A stretch of 35,171 nt of DNA from Lentisphaeria bacterium. GTDB lineage: Bacteria > Verrucomicrobiota > Lentisphaeria > Victivallales > UBA1829. Below are positions 17,588 through 26,700 of this stretch, piece after piece. Location of the stretch: positions 1 to 35,171 of the forward strand of contig JAGAEF010000335.1 in assembly GCA_017613255.1 (NCBI GenBank). The letters are read 5' to 3'. A model generated the notes under the pieces. That model did not search any database. It was not told where the DNA came from and saw only the letters and a program-made list of their open reading frames with translations. A program made the position numbers and the translations under genes. The number at the start of each line of letters is the position of its first letter. The first letter of the stretch is position 1.

Positions 17588-17741
17588 GAAGAATATGAGA
17601 ACGTTGCAAAAATACAGAACAGGATCAGGGCGCTCTGCGCTTTTCCGGAACGCGTTTCGGAAGGTTGCGGCGCGCCGTGGGCTTGTTCTGTGTTTTTGTG
17701 AAAAATAACATTTTGATTGGAAGAAAGGACAGGTTCTTATC

Positions 17742-20700
17742 ATGACGAAGAAGAAGACCGCAGGCATCATCAGACTGGAAGAAAGAGTGCTTTTCGAAGC
17801 CGCCGCCGCTCCCGAGATCGCCGCGCTTGTTGCCGCCGAAGGGCAGGAAGGCGGGGACGGAAACGGAGAGGATGCGTCTTCCGATAACGATAATCTGGAA
17901 AAGACCGCCGCGGCGGCCGCCCTTGCCGCGGGTCCCGACGGCGCCGCCATCGGGGATGCCCCCGTGACGGAGAACGGCGTGGAAACTGCCGAGGGCGTGG
18001 GGGAGGATGCCGGGAACGATGGGGATTCTTCTTCCGACGATTCCGGAGATGCCGACGATGCCGGGCAGGCGCAGGAAGCGCTTCTTCCCGATCCTGTGGA
18101 AGGTCTGGAGATCGGGAACACGGATTCCGTGGTGGACGGCACGCCTGCGGCCTCCGCGGACGATCTGGATCTCGATGATCCCTCCTCCATCGTCATCGAA
18201 AACGGCAGCAGCGAAGTCATCACCGTGGAAGGGAATTCTTCCGCCGAAGCGGATCAGGCGGAGCCTGACGCAGAAGAGATCGCCGCCGAGATCAACGCCA
18301 ATTCCGCCGCCGCGGCAGCGGAGGCTGCGGAAGCGGCGGATGGTTCTTCCGAAGCGGCCCCGGAGCGGCACGAGCTGGTCATCGTCAACGCCACCACAGA
18401 TAATCTGGATGCGCTTCTCGGCGAAGTGGAAGAGGGGCGGGACGTTCTTGTTCTGGAAGCCGATTCCGCCGATCCTCTGGCGGACATCCAGGCCTATATG
18501 GAGGGGAAGGATTACACCTATGACGCCGTGCATATCGTGACCCACGGCAATCAATCCGGGCTTCTTCTGGGCGGAAGTCTCATTGAGGACGGTTCTTCCT
18601 TCGGCGTGATGAAAAGTTCCCTTTCCGACGGCGCGGATATTTTGATCTACGGCTGCAACACGGCTGCCGGGGAAGCGGGACACTCCTTCCTGCAGGACAT
18701 TGCCGACGCCACCGGAGCGGACATTGCCGCCTCCACGGATATGACCAGCTCCTCCCACTTCGGCGGCAACTGGAATCTGGAGTACGCCATCGGCGACGTG
18801 AATGTCGATTCCCTGACGGTTTCCGATGCCTGGGTGGGAAAACTGGCTACTATTAACATTGACGGCAAGGGAGGCACCGAAGGTGTTTACAAGGACCTGA
18901 ATGATTATTGGACGAAGAACAAACTTACCCCGGGTTCCCTGTACGAATTCGATACCGTCATACTCATGGCCGATGTCACGGAAAGTTATACTGGAGATAT
19001 CAGCCTCTATGATGATAAGGGTGGTATATCCGGCGGGGAGGTCCGGTTCCTCTCCAACGGTGCAGACAGGTTTACCTACACGATTTCCGATTCCCAGACG
19101 ATTTATGTGGGCGGAAAAACCAACAGTGACTCCGAAGTGCCCCTTGCTTTGGGATACGCTTCCGGGGCGAACAACGTGGCCATCAAGGGGACCATTGCCG
19201 TAGGCTTGAATGACACGCTCTACCTGAACAAGTCTGTAATTACGGGAACCGTCGGGCTTGGAGAAAATGCGCTTCTTTCCACGGAAGGGGGCTTTCTCAA
19301 GGCATCCGTCCAGAGTCTGAACATCGTTGCCAACACTTACGCAACCATCAACAATATCGATCTGTCCGTGTTGCGGAATCTGACGGATGCCACTGCCAAC
19401 GGCTGTGAACTGCGGATCGGCGATGGGGCCTCCGTAAATGTGGAAATCGCCGCGACCTTTACCAAGGGAACGATCACTCTTGGCGACAATACCCAATTCG
19501 GCACCAAATCCGGAACGGTAAACTACCTTACACTCGGCGATGATGTCACGCTCAAACTTCTGAATTACAACGGTACGCCGCTTCACGGCGAGGTCAGCGT
19601 GACCCATGATGTTGCCGTTTCCGGAACGACCGTCACCATGAACGACTTCTCTCTTCTCGGCACGGTGAATCTTTCCAACGCGGGGGAGATCAAAGGTACA
19701 TCCGGAGAGCTGGGCACGCTTCGTGTCATCGGAACGGGCACAGTTACCAACAAAGCTCTTTCGGCGGACAACCTTTCTTCCAACGGCGCCGTCACGCTGA
19801 CCGTGGGGACAGGCGGCAAGCTGATCGTCGGAAGGGAAATCGACTACAGCGACGATACCATCGTCCTTGATTCGGGAACCTTCGGCGCCAAAGGCAACCT
19901 GAAGACTCTGGACATAAACGGGACCGGCACCCTGACAGGCAGCGAGCTTGCCATAACCGATACCGTAGACGTGGATGCGGGAGAAAGTCTGAGCCTGCTC
20001 GACGATTCCTACATTTCCGGTACCGTGGCGCTTTCCGGCGCCATAACCGGAAATTCCGGAAGCATCAGAACCCTTGTCGTGAACACCTCCGGGGAAAGAA
20101 CGATCAACAACAGTGATCTGACCGTCACGGAGCTGGACGGCAGCAGCGGAACGGTGACGTTGACCGTTCAGGGCGGTCTGACCGTCCCCTCCAGCGGCCA
20201 GTTCGATTTTGGGGACGATACCATCCATCTCAACGGCGGTTCTCTTACGGCGTACGGCACATTGGATAAGCTGACCATAGGCGCCAACGGCGGAACTCTG
20301 AAAGATGGAGATCTCACGGTCGGCGATGCCGCCGGGATCACTATTGATTACGCTGCGGACGTGTACGTCGAGGGAAATGCGAAACTGACAGCCGCTTCTC
20401 TGGTAAACAACGGGACTATCGCCGGGAGCGGGGCCGGGGCCGTTCTGGATTTTACCGGGGATGTGACCAACTCCGGCACGATGGCCGACAGCGTATCGTT
20501 GCGCATCACCGGGGATCTGACCAATACGGTTACCGGCGTTATCGGGCCCGTGTTTTCCGTTTCGGGAAATGTGGATAACTCCGGCTGGGTGGACGTGATC
20601 CGTGAAGTGGGAGGCGATCTCGTCAACCGGATCGGCGGGACCATCATGGAACAGGGAAAAGTTTCGGGCGTTCTGGACAACCTCGGGTATATCGGCACGC

Positions 20701-23700
20701 TGTACAACGTTGCGGATCCCACCAAGGTGAATAACAACGGGACCATCGACACGCTGATGATTACTGTTACCGGGGAAAATGCGGCCACGGGACTTACCTT
20801 CACCACGGTCAATGAGGCCTTCGACGTGCTTGCCAATCCGGGTTCCGCCCAGTCGATCAACGGCAACGATCCTTTGAGCTACGGGTTCAGTTTCGCCCTC
20901 AATCCCTATGTGTATTCCGACAGCGATACCTTCCGCGCCGACAACGACGTGGTCAGCCTTGAGAAGGCCACCACCCTTACCGCGGGTTCCGGTCAGACCA
21001 AGGACATCGTTCTTGATACCACACTGCAGTTCGCCAGCATGCCCGCCGCCGCTTCCACGGTGATCGGCTATAGCCTCTACGGGACGGCGACCCTTACGGA
21101 TCTTATCATCGGCAGCGGCGTTTCCGTGACGCTGAAAGGGGCCTCCTCCACCTACACCTTCGATAATGTGGGCGTCAAGATCGCCAATGGCGGGACGCTC
21201 AAAGCGGACAAGACCAATCTTGTTTTTACCGGGAACGGCGTAAGGGCAACCTACGAGTTCCTCTCCTCCGACGCCTATCTGATGACCGGAGCCGTGTACG
21301 GAACCGACGGCATGGGCGGCGTCTCCGTTTTCAACGAAGGCAAAATGAGCATTGACGGTTCCAAGGTGACCTTCACGAGGGAAGCTCTGGCGGGAACGCT
21401 CTTCCCCTCCATCGACAGATACCTGACCTACGGGATCAAGAACGACGGCACCGACGCTTCCATCACCATTTCCGGGGGAAGTGAGATCACTTTCGATCTG
21501 GGAAGCGCGGCGGACAACATCGACTCCCGGGCGGATGACGCATACGCCGTCTGGAATGTCAACGGACTTCTCCGTGTGGAGGACTCCACTATTACCATAA
21601 ACACCCACCGCGCCGGAGCCTTCGACGGGATCGATCCCGTCAAGAGCGTGGCATTGTTCAACGAAAGCGCCTTGAAGGACAAAAACGCCGTGGACGGACT
21701 GAGTTTTTCCGACGCTATGGCGGATGCGGATGTGGCAGTGGAGAATTCCAAGATCCTTGCCAACGGGAACCGGGAGGGCGTTTACGGCGTTCTCAACTCC
21801 GGGGACGCCTACGTCGAAGACTCCTGGATTCTTGCCCAGGGCGAGTATATCGTAAGCGGGATCAAGAACAACGCTTCCGGCCATATGGAGTTCAATGTGG
21901 CGGATCCCAACTATACCACAGAGGCTGCTCTGGATAAATATTTTGCCGACAAAGGGGTCGATTTCGCCAAGTACCAGGATAACCCCGGCGGACTGATCTC
22001 CGACTACATTCTCCCCGGAGTAAGCGGGAAAAACATCACCGGAACCTCCGGAAATGTGGAAAACACCTCCTCCGTCTTCAATGCGGGACAGCTTTATATC
22101 CATTACTCGGGTTCGGTTCCGGAAGGAAAGAATCCCTGGGTCGGGAGCAGTACCGGCTACACCTATGTGGATGTGCCCGTCCTTCTCCTCTACGGCGAAG
22201 TTTATACGCTGGGAACCGCCGAGGACGGACATGAACTCGTCCTTACCGACCTCAACCACGTTACCGTGGCAGGCAAGAGCAATGAGGCAACTTCCCTCAT
22301 CGAAAGCAGCCGTACCGCCACCGTCCTGCTTAACGACGTTTCCGCAACGACGCTGGTCAACGACGGTTCCCAGGTCCATGTGACCGGGACCTACGACAAG
22401 AGCATCTTTTCCGTGTACAGTGCAACAAGCAATCTGCTCAACTGGACGAATACGGTCGTTTCCCGCATCGAAAACAATGCGGAAAGTTCCCTCTACTCCA
22501 TGAAGGACGGCGAAATGTTCTTCGGGATCGCCGCCACGGAGGGAGACTCCAATTTGTTCCATGTGAACAAGACACGCTACGACAACCGGGTGGAATTCGC
22601 CTCCGATGTCTCCTACACCATCCTCAACGAAGCCCGCATGACCATCAGCAACTTCATGGGGCTGGGAACGGATGAAAACCATCCGGTCTCCATCAAGAAC
22701 ACCGACAGAGCGCAGACCGTCAACGGGAGCGATTACCGCGTCATCGGCACGATGCTGATCGAAAATCCCATCGATACGCAGAAGGAAGTCAATGGACAGA
22801 TGGTGAACGTTACCGATGCCAACGGAAATCCCATCTCTCTTACGGACGACAACGGCAACGTGACCATGTACGTGGACTACCGCAGCGGAACGATTTTCGA
22901 GGCGGATCCCGCCGTGCAGGATCTGGGAATCGTGAATACCGGAGCGGTCCTCACCATCAACAATGTGAATGTCCTCAACACCAATGCTTCTTCCGTGGCC
23001 GTCACCAACCACGGCGGCGTATTCAGCATGACAAGCGGTTCTCTTATGGGGACCTATTCCGGGCTGGACAACATCGAACGGGTTTCCGCGACGGTCGGTG
23101 CCGGTTCCGATTACGCGATCACCCTGAAAATCGAGCAGAGCACCGCCAATTTGAACGATATCACCGTTATCGCCGGAAGCAATTTCGGCGTGAGGAATAC
23201 GGGGGAATTCAACCTGAACAACACCGATACGGCGCTTATCACCAATGATTTCAATCTTGCCGTGGAAAAAGGCTCCGTTCTGGATGCCCTGTTCACCCCC
23301 TTCCGGGTCGCCGATATTCCCGGGGCGAGCGAGGCCATCGGTATTGCCAACTACACCATTGCCTCCGCCATGTGGATGGAGACCATTGCCGCCGCCAACG
23401 GGGTCCCGGTACGAGTCCACTTCACCATTGACGTTTCTTCCTACCGGAATTACACTCCCTACTCCTACGAAGACCTCACCGGCGCGAAAACCACGGCTGC
23501 CGCATCATGGAAGGTGAATCTGCTGAACACGGGCGGGGATCTTCTGGGGACCAAATCCTACACCCCCTCCAGCCACGCGGTCGAAGGCAGTTCTCCCGCG
23601 ATAACGCACTATGCCTACGGCAAGAACTTCACCAACTCCACCGTCAAGGCGGACAATGTGCAGTTCCGTCTTTCTCAGGCGATGGCCGACACCATTGCCG

Positions 23701-26700
23701 TTTACAACGAGGCAACCGCAACGGTTACTTCCATCAAATCCTTCGAGAACTATCTGGATTCCATCCACAACGTGGGGATCGACAACAAGAAAGCCGCTTC
23801 TTCGTGGGAAGCCTGGCTTTACGTCAATTCCAACTGGGACGGCACGGATCTGAATATGCTGAAGGACACCGGGTACTTCATCAACGGGGCTGACGGCGGG
23901 ACCGACAGTTCCGGGACCGAGGGCGAAGGGGACGGAGACGGCGAAGACGATATTGTGACTACCGGCTCTGACGGCCAGAAAAGAGAATCCCGCGCCTATC
24001 TCTCCTTCAGCTGCAAGATCAATGCTTCCAGCGTGGAAAACTCCGACATCCTCACTCTGGAAGGTCTTGACGGAACAGGTGAAATGTCCATAAGCGGTTC
24101 GTCCTACCGGGTGACACCCAGTGCGACGCTGACCCTGCTGAACCTTATCGTCACCTCCCCGGAAAACACCACCTATGCCATTGAGAACAGGGGTACGCTC
24201 ATTGTCGAGAATACCTTCGAGCTCCTGGAAAACGGGAGCACCAATTCCAGCGGTGCCTATATCAGCGCGAAGAAGGGAACGGCCATTCTGAACAAAGCCG
24301 ATCTCACCCTGATCAACGCCACCGTCAAGAACAGTGTCAACGGCATCGAGAACGCCGGGGGGACCCTGTACATGGTCAACTCCCAGCTTCTGGACAACTC
24401 CGGCTGGGCGTTGAAAAGCACCTCCGGCCAGAGTTATATTCTGGACAGCTCCATCGTCTTCAACGCCAACGGCGTCAACGTTGAAGGCGGCACCGTCACG
24501 CTGGAAAACTCCATTCTCGTCAACAGCGGCATGAAGACCGACGGAACCTATTTTACCGCCGACGGCGTCAACTACAGCGGCAACATCAATGCGGACAACA
24601 CAAACGTGGTGGGCAGTGCCGACGATGCGGCCTCCAATACGCTTCTGCTGGGAAGGATATACACGTACAACAAGGAGACCGGCTCCTACTTCCAGTCGGT
24701 GGAAATCAACCGCCTGAATCTGTCCATCTCTTCCGCCAATCCCGCGCTTTCCGGCGGCGTTTATATTGCCGTGAAATTCGATGAGGAAGGAGCCGTCACC
24801 GGGTACGAAATCAGTACGGATTCCTCGGGATTCAGTGAAGGCTACGTCTTTGTCTCAACCGACAAGGACGGGTACAGCAGACTGCCCGATACGGGAAGTT
24901 CCTCCATCATCATCGGCGCCACAAGCTACCACACCGTTGTGCCGCCCGAACCCCCCGAGCCTCCCGGACCGGTCACCTATGTGGTCAACACCTTTACCGA
25001 CGATGTCAACCCGGCCAACTCCCTCTTCTCCCTGCGGGAAGCCTTCGCTCTCGCGGAGACCTCTCAGGGCAGCAGCTTTACGGTAACCTTCGACGTGTCC
25101 GCCCTGCTGGCCGAAGGCGGCTACACCTTCGTGCTGAACAACGTCATCGGCATGGCCACCGGATCCATCGTCGTGGACTTCGCCGCCCTCGCGTCCTCCC
25201 TGGGACACGATGTGGTGATTACCATCAGCGATACCTTCGCCAGTGATACGATGTTCGGCTTCGGCAACACGGCCGGGGTCACCGGTCCCGACGTGAGTAT
25301 TTCCGGCGTCACCATCGACGGCTCCAAGTCCACCACCGGCAACGTGGCCGTGATCCTGGCAGGCGCCACGCTCTCCCTCAAAGACGTGAACGTGTACGGC
25401 GGCGCAGGATACTATCTGGAAATCGAAAACTCCGGCAGCTCTTCCTCCAGCTCCTCCTCCACGTCCACCACTGACTCGGAAAGCGAATCCACTGCGGACT
25501 CCTCCAGCACGGATTCCAGTACGGACTCCTCCGGCAGTGATCTCAAGAGCGGGTATTACGGCGGAGCGTTCCTCGTCATGGGGACTCTTTCCATCAGCGG
25601 AGAGGGCGTCTACTCCGGCGGCAGCAAGGTTACCCGCGGCGGCATCATCGCCTCCGAGAACGGCATCGTGAATGTCACGGGCAACATCACCTTCCAGAGC
25701 GGCAAAGCTTCCGAAATGGGCGGATTCCTCCTCCAGGCCGGGGAAAAATCGGTCAGCAACATCGGAGACGAGAACAGCAACATCATCATTACGGGAATGG
25801 ATGCCCCCGAAGGCGCGGTGGTCGCCCAGCTGCACGGCGAAACCAACCTCATCAACGTGGTGGTCCGGAACAACGGCAAGATGGATTCCGAAACCCATAC
25901 CGCCGCTTCCAAGGAGCTTTTCGCCGCCACCGGGGATTTCACGGTGGTCAACGCTTCCATCTACGACAACACCGCGGAAGCGATCTTCGGCCTCTACAGC
26001 GTGGAGGATGGTTCCAGCGAAGAATTTCTGGAAAGAGTCTTCCTCGTGGACTCCAGTCTCGTTCAAAACTCCTCGGGATTCGTGCAGGACAAGGACGGCA
26101 ACCTGGAGTACGACAGCGACGGCTACGGAAAGCTGGATTACGCCACGAAGCTCTGGTCGGAGGGCAAAAAGACGGTGGTAACGGACAGCAACGGGAATAC
26201 CACCACCACGTATACGGGCGGCTCCAAGGGAGACGTCTATATCCTCAACAGCCTGATCGATGTGGATCTGAACGGGGATTACGAGGGCATCAATTTGTCC
26301 ATCGTCAGCACCCTTACCGGAGAAAAGGGCTGGGAAGCCTTCTCCTATGACGGGTACGGCGAACTTCAGCTGGATCCCGAAACGGGCGTGCCCATCATTA
26401 CCGACAGCGCGTCCGCCGGGGGAGTCATTGCCGCGGTCTATACCGATTCCAACGGAAGGCGGGCGCTGGCCTACCGGACGCTGGATGATACCGTCTGGCG
26501 GGGAATGGACGGCGCCGCCGTCTCCCAGTTCGAGCCGGACATCGACAGCATCATCCGCTCCGATGCCATCGGAGAAATCTCCGTTTCCGGAAACGGCAGT
26601 CACCGTTACCTGGCCCAGAGCAATATCACCATCGGCGCCTACTCCCGCGCCTATGCCGATACTCTGACGGCCACGGGGATCGTCGTGACGACCAACATCG

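Noticed and set aside
13910-17741. Prophage, integron or defence island
   Set aside because: No integrase, attC sites, tRNA, flanking direct repeats or recognisable phage or defence genes; only a solitary hicAB module.
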